Assembly: GCF_032191835.1 (NCBI RefSeq)
Contig: NC_083232.1
Location: 65,720,001-65,784,000, forward strand
From: Heteronotia binoei
Taxonomy: Eukaryota
Reading direction: 5' to 3'
Length of the DNA: 64,000 nt
Below are positions 37,395-50,311 of this stretch, piece after piece. A program made the position numbers and the translations under genes. Every line of letters begins with the position of its first letter. The stretch's first letter is position 1. The notes beneath the pieces were generated by a model. The model ran no database searches and was not told where the DNA came from. It worked only from the letters and a program-made list of their open reading frames with translations.

Positions 37395-37605
37395 ATGAAA
37401 ATTTTGACCCAGAGCACAACAGCGGTGAAAAAAAGGCAAACTCCATGCGAGGAATTATTTGGAAAGGGACAGAAAATAAAACAGCCAATATTGTAATGCC
37501 CTTAGCCTCATCTAGAATATTGTGCGCAATTCTGGTTGCCACATCTCAAAAATAATATTGCAGAAATGGAAAAAGGACAAAGCAGGGGGTGGGTGAGTGG
37601 GTATG
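37395..37605 (+). mobile_element. Degenerate CR1 ORF2 fragment
   Basis: AAGGCAAACTCCATG...GAAAATAAAACAGCCAATATTGTAATGCCC...TTCTGGTTGCCACATCTC typical of CR1. Confidence 0.7.
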
Positions 37606-37650
37606 AAACCCCAGTCTTCTGCCCTTCTTCAGAGGCAAGATTTTCTCTTA

Positions 37651-39291
37651 GACCGTTTTTGCACATAGCTTACCTCACAGTCACAATCTTGTTCCCTCTG
37701 CAGCGTCTGTCGGATTTCCCACCATCTTGCCCTGGTGGATGACCTCCAAAGGCATCTGGATCGGGGTGGCTCGGCGGTACTGATGTTGTTGGACCTATCG
37801 GCGGCGTTCGATACGGTCGACCATCAGTTGCTGACTTGCCGCCTCGCCGACGCGGGGATCCAGGGGCTAGCCTTGCAGTGGCTTTCCTCTTTCCTTGAAG
37901 GTCGGGGACAAAGGGTCGCGATTGGGGGGGAGCTATCCCAGAGGCGTTCACTTAACTGTGGGGTGCCCCAGGGAGCGGTTCTCTCCCCGATGCTGTTTAA
38001 CATCTATATGCGACCTCTTGCCCAGATTGCCTGGAGGTACGGGCTGGGGTGCCACCAGTATGCTGATGACACCCAGCTCTATCTACTTATGGACGGCCGA
38101 CCGGTCTGCGCCCCAGAGAACCTAGATCAGGCATTACAGGCCGTGGCTGAGTGGCTCAGACTGAGTGGACTGACACTGAATCCTGCGAAGACAGAGGTCC
38201 TTTGTTTGGGCTGTCGGGGGAAATCCCCCTGCCAACTTTTGGCGGTGTACCGCTGAGGCCGGCGGACAGGGTCAAAAGCCTTGGGGTGCTATTGGAGCCG
38301 TCCCTAAAGATGGAGGCTCAGATAGCGGCCACTGCCAAGTCCGCGTTTTTTCATCTTAGACGGGCAAGGCAGTTGGCCCCCTTCCTGGACCCCGACGACC
38401 TAGCAACAGTGATCCACGCTACGGTCACCTCGAGGTTGGATTACTGCAATGCCCTCTACATGGGGCTGCCCCTGTGCCGGACCCGGAAATTGCAGCTGGT
38501 GCAGAATGCCGCGGCCCGGCTGTTACTGGGCCTCCCAAGATGGGGACACATTCGGCCGGGTCTTCGGGCTCTGCACTGGCTTCCAATAACATACCGGGTC
38601 CGGTACAAGGTGCTGGTCATTACCTTTAAAGCCCTATATGGCCTGGGACCTGCCTACCTGAGGGACCGTCTCTCCCCACACGTTCCCCAGAGAGTACTGA
38701 GGTCTGGCACCCAAAATCTCCTTAATATCCCCGGGCCCAAGGAAGTGCGTCTCAAGACAACTCGAGACAGGGCCTTTTCTACAATGGCCCCTATGTGGTG
38801 GAACCAGCTACCGGAAGAGGTGAGGGCCCTGCGGGATCTTACTCAGTTCCGCAGGGCCTGTAAGACGACCCTCTTCCGGTTAGCTTACGCCTGACTGGAC
38901 TAATGTAGCTCTCTAGATATCTGTGATTACCGTATAGTTAATACTAGTTTTAAGGTTTTTAAGGTTTTTAGGTTTTTAAATGTCTGATTTAAATGTAACT
39001 ATCTTATTCCAATTTTATTGTTTTATTGTTTGTTGTGAGCCGCCCTGAGCCACTCGTGGGAAGGGCGGGATATAAATCCCGGAATAAATAAATAAATAAA
39101 TCTGCGCCGGAGTTACAGGAAGTGCCGCGGCTTTTGCGTAGCTAACGTAAACTGGATTTTAGCAGTTTACATTTGCTACGCAGAAGCCACGGCCCTTCCT
39201 GTAATTTCGGCGCAGATGGTGGGAAATCTGACAAGACGCTGCAGAGGGAACAGGATTGTGACTGTGAGATAAGCTGTGTGCGAAAACGGTA
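37651..39291. mobile_element. Palindromic PIF/Harbinger-like MITE (~270 bp) split by an L2
   Basis: TTA on both sides (37648-37650, 39292-39294); 37651-37727 is the inverted copy of ~39214-39291; internal hairpin 39102-39215. Confidence 0.85.
37728..39099 (+). mobile_element. 5'-truncated L2 LINE (RT domain, frameshift near 38215)
   Basis: LLDLSAAFDTVDH, GVPQGAVLSP, YADD motifs; C-terminus continues in ORF 38151-38894; (AATA)n tail; CpG-rich, so relatively young. Confidence 0.93.
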
Positions 39292-40059
39292 TTAGTTTTT
39301 CCTGCCATTTTGTGAATGAGCACTCTAGTTGTCTGTTTTCTTCTTTCCAGAAGAATTCTGGCTTTCCCACTCTGTCACAGCATAATATTTTGGTTGTTTG
39401 CTCACCCAAGAACCCAAGGGAAGGAATGGGAGTCCCCTTTAACTTATATAATTTAAATGTCACTCAAGAAGTTTTTATATTCAAAATTAACAAAATATTT
39501 TATTCAAGATAGAGGAGAAAGGTCAGGTGAAATCAGGGGTAAAATTTCTGAGATAAAATCAATACATGCACAGACTTTAGTTCTTATGCTTCAGGCTAAT
39601 GAGAGTTTCTTAAACTATTCATTGATACTTCAGTCTTTATGTTGAGAAACTTTTGTTCCAGTGTTTTCCTCAAACACTTCAGTACATTTTCTTTGAGTAT
39701 TCACTAACATTTTAGATTTCCAAAAGGCTGGTGCACTCTTTCCAGGACACATGTCCCTTCTCTTGAAACACCAGTACTTGTCTTGAATTTTTAACTGACT
39801 CTTAAGGCAGTTTCTAATGACACCAGACCGGGGATCTTTGCACTCTTTAGAGCTAACTTCCTTTTTGACTGGGTAGGGAATTTTCTTCTCTCTCTAGACC
39901 AGGGTTTCCCAAACGTTTCCTCTCCGTGGCCCGGTTCCTTCCCTATGGTCTGGGCGGAAGATGCTCAGGGAGCGATACAGACACTGTGTGCCGGCCAGGA
40001 GCATTCCCTGCCCTCTCTGATGTTTCCGAATATCATAGAATATCATGTTGTGAGCCAAA

Positions 40060-40143
40060 TATCATGTTGTGAGCTGCCCTGAGTCCGCTTGCGGAGAGGG
40101 CGGGATATAAATGTAAAGTAATAAATAAATAAATAAATAAATA
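40060..40143 (+). mobile_element. L2 3' tail fragment
   Basis: GTGAGCTGCCCTGAGTCC...GGGCGGGATATAAAT and (AATA)n resemble the end of 37728-39099; a CAGGGTTTCCCAAAC hAT-like end lies at ~39899. Confidence 0.7.
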
Positions 40144-40299
40144 GAAGGATAAGGGAGGGCTTCTGGCAAGTGCACAGTCACTGGTAATGTGTCTCCATGC
40201 AGATAAAAGGAGCGGGGTGGAGCTGAGGAGGCCAGTATAGGTGGACACATGCTGCCGCCACCAAAGGCCTGGTGGAACAGCTCCATTTTTTAGTCCCTG

Positions 40300-40520
40300 T
40301 GGAACTGTAATAAGTTCTGAAGGGCCCAGATGTCACCTGGAAGAGCATTTCACCAGGCTGGGGCCAAAGCCAAAAAGGCCCTGGTCCTGGTTGAGGCTAA
40401 CTCTTTGGGGCCATGGACCACCAGAAGATGCTGTTCTGAAGAGCGCAAGGCTTTCTTGGGAACATAAGGAGAGAGCTGATCCTGCAGATATAACAGCCCC
40501 AGACCACATAGGGCTTTAAA
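40300..40520 (-). mobile_element. Old L2 ORF2 fragment
   Basis: Reverse strand CTTTAAAGCCCTATGTGGTCTGGGG... resembles the L2 at ~38625. Confidence 0.65.
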
Positions 40521-40676
40521 GAATAGAGAGTTTTTTCCCTTGCTCTCCCATAATTCTAGGACTTATGATATCCAATGAAATCACTATAAAATAGTTTCAG
40601 GGCAGTCAGTACATCTTTACTCAATGAGTAATTTAATGACAGAATTCACTGTCAGTAGACAAGCCACAAGCATAGA

Positions 40677-40985
40677 TAGCTTCAAAAGAGGATTAGACAG
40701 ATTCATGGGTGAAAGGCTCATTAATAGCTACTAGCCATGGTGACTGAAGGGAGCTAATAGAATTCCACTTTCCTTCATTCCTCAAGCATGACAGAATCAC
40801 AGACAAGACTGAAGGGAACTTTCATATACAGAGTCAGCAAACATCTGAATACTACTGCTGGGAGGCAGCAGCAGGCAAGGACCTCAGCCTCTATGCCCTC
40901 CAGGGCAGCCGACTAGTGGTGAACACTGTGAAACAGGGACTAGATGGGCCACTGGTCTGATCCAGCAAGTTTTTCTTATGTTCTT
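40677..40985 (+). mobile_element. CR1 3' end with a 54-bp internal insert
   Basis: TTCAAAAGAGGATTAGACAGATTCATGG...TTCTTATGTTCTTA tail. Confidence 0.78.
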
Positions 40986-42944
40986 AAAGGTTGGTAGGAG
41001 TGCAGGACCCAGATACCAAGTTATAGAGGTAGAACATTCTATGATAGTTCCTGGAGAATGTGGGTGAAAAGAACCTCAACTGGTTTCTCAGCTCTTGCAA
41101 AATTAATTTATAATAGATCAACTGCATATGTATGAATGAATACTGAGTTAGCTTTTTTTCTCCCTATTAAGATATAGTTTGGATGATTCTTAATATGCAA
41201 GTCCAAAAGGAAAACCCATATTTTGCTAGCTTGTTAAAAGTTTCATTGAAATAAACAATTATGAGTAACACAGATGAATAACAGCACAATCCTATGCTGC
41301 TATTCCAGTCTAAACCCATTGAAATTATTATATTATTACAGTGCAATCTTAAAATCACCTTCATGGGAAGCCCCACTGAAAGATTTAAGTAGGATTCCGA
41401 GAAAATCTATTTAGGATTGTTCCTTTCTCATGCCATCCTAAGTGGAGTTACATCCTTATAAACCCACTGATTTAAATGGATTTAGAAGCATGTAATTCTG
41501 CTTAGGATAGCACTACTAGAAATCTACCTATCTTCGGGGAAGCATTTGTTTTTTAAACATAGTACTGAAAAAGGTGCAATCCACAAAAAGGTCATTCTGA
41601 ATAGTCATATCACTATTTTTATTGATAAAAAGACTTTTTTTCGTGGTAACTCCCTGACAATAATTACCCTTCTCCACAGACAGATGTTAACTCCTGTACA
41701 TTTTTTTAAAAGCTTTGCGTCTCTTATTACTCTGGCATTCTTATTTCATCCATAGTGGTTCTTTCCCTCTATTTTCAAGAGTTCACTGGGGGTTTCCGTC
41801 TTGAAGTCTCTTCTTCTGCCTATTCCATGATATATCTTCATTCTATGCCTGTGACATTTTGCTCCCCACATTTCACTTCATCTTCAAGCATGGATTCCAG
41901 CCCTTCTTTTAATCACCTAGAAGCCTCAGCAAACTTTAAGTGGCTGGAAATAACTATAAGTCATGGTCTGAGTTTCTCTGCTTAAAAGGATTCCAATACC
42001 TTGCTCTTCAAAAGTCAAAGGAATGGTCTGTGGCTCAAATACTGACTGCCCCTTTTCCACTCTTATTCTAGCAAGGCTGTCTATTGCAATTCATTTTCAA
42101 GTACTCTGCATATCTATCTGGTCAAATGTTTGTTCAGTTCTTTTTTTAAAAGTTACCAAAAACTACTTTGAAAGGAGGCAGGTAGCTTCCTGAATGACAC
42201 AACACCTAGCCAATCAATGTTGTGCAAATTTACTTTTTTGCAGGAAACCAGAAGAACAGGTTTTCCTCAAGCACAATCCAGTCTGTATGTCTAAGATGTG
42301 ATGGGGGTGGGGTATTTTGGTTCAGGTCTTGGTTCCCTTGTGGGCAGCTACTGAAGGCACCACCAACAGACAACAGCATGGTTTCTCATCTGCATCACCA
42401 TCTGAGAGAAAGAGAAGTAGGAGATGTTGGCTCTTTGACCAATTAAGTTCTGAATGATAGCTCCCTGTCTGCCATCATTAGCTGGGAAGAATACCAGCAG
42501 CTGCATTCAGAGGGCACTCCTGGGACTGGCATTGCCATTGCTGACCACTCCAATATTCCCTCTAAGGTGTGTGCATCAGCATCCGCTCATTAACACAAGA
42601 AGGCCTGCTCAGAAACAATCTGGAGCCACGCAGGGTTTTGCAGTGCTCATTTTAAGATTATAGCAGTTATAACAAGCTCAAGAGGATAACTGCTGCGCTC
42701 AGGGGGGAAAATTAGAGGGAACATTGACCACTCCCTTGTTTTTCTCTTCACTATCAACAGGCAATAGGAGGACCTGAAGGGCATTAAGCAAGCAGCAGAA
42801 GATGCTATCCTGAAGATGGGGAAAGGTGTCATCCCATCTAATGAAGACATTCTGCTGAGGATCCACTGATACCTGGAAACAGGACTTGTTAGTACACTTC
42901 TATACCAGAGCCTCTACTGGAATTATCTGAAGTGAGCAGTGAGC

Positions 42945-43045
42945 ATATCCTACCACAAATTTTGTTAGTCTTTAAAGGGCTACTGGACTTTTACTCTTTT
43001 CTACTGCTACAAACAGACTAACACAGCTACCCGTCTTGATCTACA
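42945..43045 (+). mobile_element. Penelope-like fragment
   Basis: AAATTTTGTTAGTCTTTAAAGGGCTACTGGACT...CAGACTAACACAGCTACC resembles reptile Penelope termini (recall). Confidence 0.55.
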
Positions 43046-44509
43046 GATATTGTTCGTCTTATCCTAACAAGAAAGATCAAGAAATTTGATGACTTTCCAT
43101 TTCTGTCTTCCTCTACTGAGATATCTACCATCACCCTAACAGTTTTGACTATCAGGCAAGGTCCCCCCCCCAGCTTATCCCCCCACCTGAGGCTGGAAAC
43201 TGCAGCCTACCAGGTTCCATTGTTATGGAGTTCATTATCATGAAATGCACTAGATAGGTGATTGCTTCTCAGAGAAATAAGGTACTTATGAAGCAGTTGG
43301 TCCTGTAGATCTGGGGCTAGCTGTCTTTGTTGAATCTAACCACTGCACAAAGCTAGACATGCAGTACAATCACACTTAGACTTACTCTGCTGAAAGCAGT
43401 GGTATTGGACAGGAGCAATTCTGCATAGGATTACACTGTCAGAAACTCCAAGACTAGATCGGTGATATTCAGAATTAACTAATGCAACTGTGTGCTAGTC
43501 AAAGATTTTTTTAAAAAGTTGCCTAATCTATTTTACAATTATTTATTAAAGTAAGAGGGCTCATTTCCTCCTCTGTTTTGAAGCTGTCATAAACCCCATT
43601 AAAAACACTGTAAAGCATAAAGATGCTCCTTTTTAAAATACTGAAAAATAGGTGGTAAAAAAAATTAAAACATTTGTCACTTTTAAATTTTCAGTTTGCT
43701 GGTAGGGCCACTGCATTTTAAAAATCTATTGTCCAATCTCTCATTTTAAATTTAAATGACAAATGTGTTTTTGAAAGTGGTACTGTAGTTCACACAGAAG
43801 GTATTATTCAGATTGTGTTTTGAATTTGGAAGCACCCTTGTGGGGATTCACTTTTCTGGGGTTAGTTAGTCCCATTTCATTACTCATTTAGAATTGGACT
43901 TGTGTGAATTCTTAGAAGTAGGAGCATCTCCAAGACTGAAAATCAAGTTGAAAGGTCAGTGCAAACACATCCCCAAGTCCCTGCCACAAAGAAACACACC
44001 ACCAAAGGTTAAAGATAACAGTTACCTAGGGTCATGTGTGCCAACAGCCAGTCTTGCTTAATATTATATGGCATTACCTCATTCCATTGTGAGTCAGCAA
44101 CAGTACAAAGCTATTATCTTCATACAAATCTGCTATGACCTGCCGGAGGACGGAAGTTCTGTCTCCATAGCTTTGTTGAATTTGAATTGGCTTGGGCTAA
44201 ATCTCAAACACACACAGAGAGAGCTGCTGAAAATTCCCTCTACAACAGTGGCCTGGTTGAACAAGCCATCCTAGTTTTCATTTAAAAACACACACACAAA
44301 AAACCCAACCAATTTATTCTAGTTCAGCTTGTGTATGTACAGTCCTCTTTAATTGTTCATTTTGTGGCCAGTGGGACATCTGTAAAAAGAGAGATGGCCA
44401 GCATTTTTGTGCAACTGCTTCAAAAACATGGTTATTATTTGGTTGTAACTGCATTAAAAGTAGGATTAAAAGAATATCACGGGTAATATTTTGGTTGTGT
44501 ATGTAGTAA

Positions 44510-44650
44510 TGTGTTTTTGTGCATCAAGTCACATCTGACTTATGGTAACCCCTGACAAGGTTTTCAGGGCAAGAGATTTGTCTGCCTCCCCTGCTATTCC
44601 TTGGCGGTATCAGCACATTGCTTCCAAGATCTGAGGAGGGTGGACTGTAA
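44510..44650 (-). mobile_element. 5S-derived SINE, degenerate
   Basis: Reverse strand CAGATCTTGGAAGC...CTTGCCCTGAAAACCTTG...CCATAAGTCAGATGTGACTTG; another head fragment at 63765-63822. Confidence 0.55.
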
Positions 44651-46585
44651 AGAGAGGGAGTGGCAATTATTAATGCCCTGTAGAGGTAATGTGAAAATGG
44701 TAACTGAATACAAATAAGCATCTTACTGTGCAGAAAATGTGGGGAAGTTCCTTTACTTCTTAAATGTATTTTATTACAAATACAATACAGATGATTGTGG
44801 TTGGGCACATAATATTCTGTTGCTGCTTTACCCCTAGTTAGCAGCTTAGCTGAATATTGTTGCTATCTATGGAGTGAAGATGTTCTACCTAACCTTCAAT
44901 ATATTACTATAATGTTTTGTCACTATTGCTTGGTTCTTTGCTTACAGAAGTAGAGGGCAGCGGGAATGTAAAACAAGAACCATTTGTGGATTATGTAGAT
45001 TATTTAATCACATTGTCTCTGCATGTTTGGTTTTGTAAAAAATAAACTAAAGTTGTTGGAAACAATAATCCAAGAAATTAACAGCAGGATTCCCCCCTCC
45101 CAGTTTTACTGTGGTTGAACTTTTCAAATTTAAATCTATTAAAAACTTTCAAGGAATATACACACTTGGCACTGTGAAATCTGAAAACCATGGAGAAAAA
45201 GCAGGGCAGACACATTATTCCTTAAATGAAGACTCTAGTCATGAAACTCTTGGATGAATGACTTCCTCAGCATCGCTAGCCACATAATACAGACAATTAT
45301 AGAATCATGTAAAAATACGGTGAATTCTTACCTTTACGATACATAAGGATGCATGGCCAAGTAAAGAAACAAATAAAACCACAGACAAATGATTTACTTA
45401 CTTACTTCAGTCATTTCTCACTCCCCGCCCCCCCAATTAGGGACCCAAAATGGCTTAAAGCGTCCTTCCCTTTCCCATTTTATCCACACAACAACCCCTC
45501 AGGTACTTCAGGCTAACTGTGTGTGACTGTCCCAAGGTCACCCAGCCATAACATTCTATAAAACTATAGACAGTGATATTTGTATTTGCCCTCAAAGTGC
45601 TCTTTGCACAGATTTTCTTTTGCTTTTCAACTCTGATATAAATGCTGTGTTTTAAAAACTGATATTGAAGACATTTGCAGTTTTTAAAATTCATAGTAGC
45701 AAAAAAAAAGCAAAACCCCACTATATTGCATTTAACATCAACATCTGAACACTTCTACAAAGCTATTGCTGAAACCTAACTTCCAATAAAGTATGCAGTG
45801 CTGAAATCTGCTTTTGAAATTTTCTAAAGACATTCAAAACTTTATAAATTGCATAAAACAGAGTAACTGACATTGAGTGACATGCATTCAGTTACAAAAA
45901 ACACAGAAGCGGCAATCCTAAACATACATATTGGGGAGTAAATGCCATTGAAATGGAATTTACTTCTGAGTATCCTCAGTATTCTGAGGCTACATGCCTT
46001 TGAACGACTGATTACCTCATGATTTTTTAACTGGAGATGCCAGAGATTGAACCTGACAATCCAATTCTTTATTATTAGTCATTTGACAAAATAACACTGA
46101 CAATCAGTGGATCTTACAAAAAGACAACATATGTCCATCAGTCTATTAGAATTAATTTAGAATTTTAAAAAACGGGATTAGAAAATGTACATATCAGAAG
46201 AACAAGAGAAACAAGACTTGATTGGGAAAAACCGCATGGGATATTGAAAACAAACCAAAGAATGGCTGGAGGAAAAACTTACTTAGAGGCTAGGGGGATA
46301 GAAGAAGCTATGAGATATAGACTGTCAAGGGAGTTTTCAAAACTATGGGAAGGAGGACCAAGTGACCAGTGAGTCCAAACAGGTAGGTTTACATCCTATC
46401 AAAAAGATCCCCATGTCCAAGAAGGAGAAGCTGTCTATCTTGCTCCTGGAAGGTCCGCCATCCCCCAGCAATAGTATTTTTTTTGGGGGGGGGGGACTGT
46501 TCTTCTATGCACAAAATTTAGACAGGATCCAACCCATATACAGGACCAAATAAGAAATGAAATACTGAGCTACATTCTCAAGAAA

Positions 46586-46782
46586 GGGCTGTGGCTCAGT
46601 ATCAAATACAAAGCATCTTCAGAAGGTCCCAGGTTCAATCTCTGGCATCTTCACTTAAAAATTATGAGGTAATCAGTTGTTCAAAGGCCTCTTTCTGAAG
46701 CCCTTTTGGAGCTGCTCCCAATCAGCATAAAAATGTTAACCTTGAGAGAGCAATGGACTTAGTATAAGGAAGCTTTATGTTT
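46586..46782 (+). mobile_element. tRNA-derived SINE (Squam2-like)
   Basis: GGGCTGTGGCTCAGT...AGAAGGTCCCAGGTTCAATC...GTATAAGGAAGCTT. Confidence 0.75.
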
Positions 46783-49277
46783 GGTTTTGTTACTCTTGTG
46801 CTCCTACAAAAAAAACTATTCCACTATCACACCAAATAAGTTCCAGAGTTTAAGCCCAGCCATTAACTCCCATCCCTTGTGCTTTCTTTCTTTAAAAAAA
46901 CATTTTGTTGTGGTAAATTCTGCATGGCAAGTTTTCACATTAAGTACAAAATCAAGGATTTATTGAGAGTTCTCCTATCTCTCCCACAAATCACGGAGGG
47001 ATGTGACTTCCACTACACACTCGCCTCTTTTTCTTCTTTACCATCTTGTAAAAACTCCATGAAATACATGACATTTATCATAACAGGTTTGATCCATGTA
47101 GTTGACAATTAGAAATCCCCTGCGGCTGGAATTGGGGCCTGGTATTTGTTTGTGTATTTTAAGGGTCTCCGTGTTTCCCTTTGCTTCCATTGGTGGAAGC
47201 CAAAGGTCACCATCAAACACATACTTCAAATGCACTTAACCCAATAATGGTATCTTTACAGCAGATTGAGAAGGACTTTTAGGTGCTATGCATCACGATG
47301 CAGAAGCATCAAAAGCTGGCGTAACATAATGTAATTTTACAAACCAGGCACATTTGCAAATGGCAATCCTTGTCCTACTATAGTGGAAGAAAGCATTTTA
47401 AAAGAGGGGGACTTGATTAAAATGATATACAGAAATATTGGATCAGGATGTATATAGTTAAAACTGAGACTGATAAAACTGCATTTGCATAGAAAACATG
47501 GCATTACCATTAAGATACCACATTACTTACACTTTTTATTCAAAAGGCACAGTTAAGTTTCTAGATCCTAAGAACACCTGAGAACTAGTGCTGGAGAACT
47601 AGTGAACAGCATAGTTGGGGATAGCTTTCTGTTACTAAGCTATCAGTGCAATCCTAAACAGAATTACATCTTTCTAAACCAAGCTTCAATGAACAGATAA
47701 GGCTATAACTGTACATAGCTCATAATAATTTTTCTCTGTTGATTCTCCCGGACTCTGCTAATTTTAAAATGTCTTCTTTTCAATTTTCTACTCTAATGGA
47801 ATTAATGGAAACTAGATATTCAAGAACAATTAGATGACATATTCTTGGCAAATACGGCACATACACAGTTCTCGAAAGAAGATCTCATATTTTTAAATCT
47901 TTTTCATGCAAATTGAGCACAGCCCTACTTACTACATTCTTAACACTGTGTTTGTGTATTCATAGTACATTAATTAAATTAGGGTATGCACGAAGAAGGA
48001 AATACGCTTACAGGGTCATTCTAACACTCGTCTGTGAGCTTTGAAGTATGTAACTCTGCTTAGAATTGCACTGTTAGTCCAGCTAAGATTGGCAAGTGCT
48101 TGTGATCTCTATGACTGAACTGGACTGATCAGTTCCTTCACCTCTTTCCAGATCTACTTGTCAACAGGCAAAACCACATCATCCTATTTAACAAGGATGA
48201 TGCAATACTACAATCTTTAGACTGAAAAAGAGATCAGATATTGCGGGATTTAGCCCCAAATTTCCATAGATAAAAGCTGAATTGGCAGCACATGAGGAGA
48301 AAGACTGGTTGAAATGCATCTGAAACAAAATGGAAATATTTTGTTTAAGCTACATGAGTCTACCCAAGCAAACAATGTTAGATTAAAAAAGAGGATAGCT
48401 CATTCACATATTTGTAATTCATAAACAATCTTCTTCATAGCTGACCACATAGAAAATCTGCTTTGCTTGTCCCATCCAGTCCCTTAAAACATCAGACTTT
48501 ACCTCTATGCCCACCCCCCATACTGTTGATTCCATTCTGCCAGCCCAGCTATCACCACTAGTTGCAATGGGAGCAACTGCATCTGCAGTCAGTAAGACAC
48601 CCCTGCTGTAATCCTACACTGCCTGGAGGTGTGGAATGTTGACTGAAGCATGGTTTCTATGCCTGATGTGTCAAGGAGAATATGTCATTCAATCATCCTT
48701 GAATCTCCAGTTTCCATTACTTCCAGCCCAGGAACAATAGCTTAGTGATTCCTTTTTGTGTGTTGCATGAAATTTCATTTTACTTGATTTACAATACACC
48801 CTCTCTCTAGGGCTCAGCGTCACTACAATTTGTCAGTCAACTTCCCAACAGCATTGACACAACTGTTCTTGAAAGGCAGCTATTTGCCTACAAGCACACA
48901 CAATCAGTTCATGGCAAAGGAGAGATCTGAACGCAAGCCTTCATGTCCCAAACCCAGCATTTTACCCAATGGGTCATATTAATAATTTTGGATTGAGATG
49001 AAATCAGAAATGAATCCAAAAAGTTCAGAAACAATGAGGCCTGTGGAGATGTGGTAAATAAAAAAAATCCCCTCAAGTAAATTCTTATCTGAATCAAAAT
49101 CCCTTTGAATTTCAACTAGATTCAGAAATAAACAGGTTATTCTGAGTTCCCTCATCCCTCTTCTTCCCCAGCCTTACTTTGCAGTAGTAGAAATAGACGA
49201 GTGGGGGTAGGAGCTATTCCAACCCTGGGCCTTCAAGAGACCCCAAACTAGCAGGAAATTATTGGGGAGAAAAACAA

Positions 49278-49352
49278 CTGGGAATTGTAGTTTGCCGGGG
49301 TTTCCATGCTTTCAATAAGTCTGCAGAAACCCTAGCAAACTACATTTCCCAG
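49278..49352. repeat. Decayed palindromic element (27-bp arms, ACTACAATTCCCAG motif)
   Basis: CTGGGAATTGTAGTTTGCCGGGGTTTC versus GAAACCCTAGCAAACTACATTTCCCAG, 3 mismatches. Confidence 0.75.
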
Positions 49353-49481
49353 GGATCTTTGCATTAGAAACTCATTGGAAAGATTATAGGGCCTAATGAA
49401 GGCTTGAGGAATGGCAGTTCCCTGCATGCATTGCTGCTGAATCTGGAAAGGAAAGTTTGAAGAAAGGAAAGGGGTCATAAT

Positions 49482-49690
49482 TAGGTCTACCAACCTCCAG
49501 GTGGTGGTTGGAGCTCTCCTGGGATCACAACTGATCAGAGATCAGATCACCTGGAGAAAATGGCTGCTACGGATTCTGGACTCTATGGTATTATGCCCCT
49601 TTGAAATCCTTTCCCTCCCCAAGCCCTACCCACTTCAGGCTCCGCTTCTAAAATTTCCAGCTATTTCCCAACCCGGAGCTGGCAATCCTA
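49482..49690. mobile_element. hAT MITE (TAGGGTTGCCA TIR family), short
   Basis: TAGGTCTACCAAC...GCTGGCAATCCTA; degenerate TSD gTCATAAt/tTCATAAg. Confidence 0.72.
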
Positions 49691-49793
49691 TTCATAAGGA
49701 GTTGGGAAGGCTAAAATCAGTGCAAAGGAAGATTGGAAGAAAGTACCAAACTAAACATGAAGATCCAGGTTGCTGATTTGAGTATGTGTGATG

Positions 49794-50297
49794 TAGAGTT
49801 GCCAACCCCCAGGTGGGGGCAGGGGATCCCCCGGTTTGGAGGCCCTCCCCCTGCTTCAGGGTCGTCAGAAAGCGGGGGGAGGGGAGGGAAATGTCTGCTG
49901 GGAACTCTGTTATTCCCTATGGAGATTTATTCCATAGAAAATCATGGAGAATTGATCCGTGGGTATCTGGGGCTCTGGGGGGGCTGGTTTTTTGGGTGGA
50001 GGAACCAAATTTTCAGTATAGCATCTAGTGCCTCTCCCCAAAATACCCACCAAGTTTCAAAAAGATTGGACCAGGGGGTCCAATTCTATGAGCTCCAAAA
50101 GAAGGTGCCCCTATCCATTATTTCCTATGGAAGGAAGGCATTGAAAAGGTGTGCTGTACCTTTAAATGTGATGGCCAGAACTCCCTTTGGAGTTCAATTA
50201 TGCTTGTCACAGCCTTGATCTTGGCTCCACCCCCAAAGTCTCCTGGCTCCACCCCCAAAGTCCCCAGATATTTCTTGATTTGGACTTGGCAACCCTA
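49794..50297 (-). mobile_element. hAT MITE (TAGGGTTGCCA TIR family)
   Basis: TIRs TAGAGTTGCCAA/TTGGCAACCCTA; perfect TSD GTGTGATG at 49786-49793 and 50298-50305. Confidence 0.9.
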
Positions 50298-50311
50298 GTG
50301 TGATGGGAAGG

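Noticed and set aside
41578-44993. FOXH1 motifs (AATCCACA/TGTGGATT)
   Set aside because: Scattered single 8-mers at about chance frequency.
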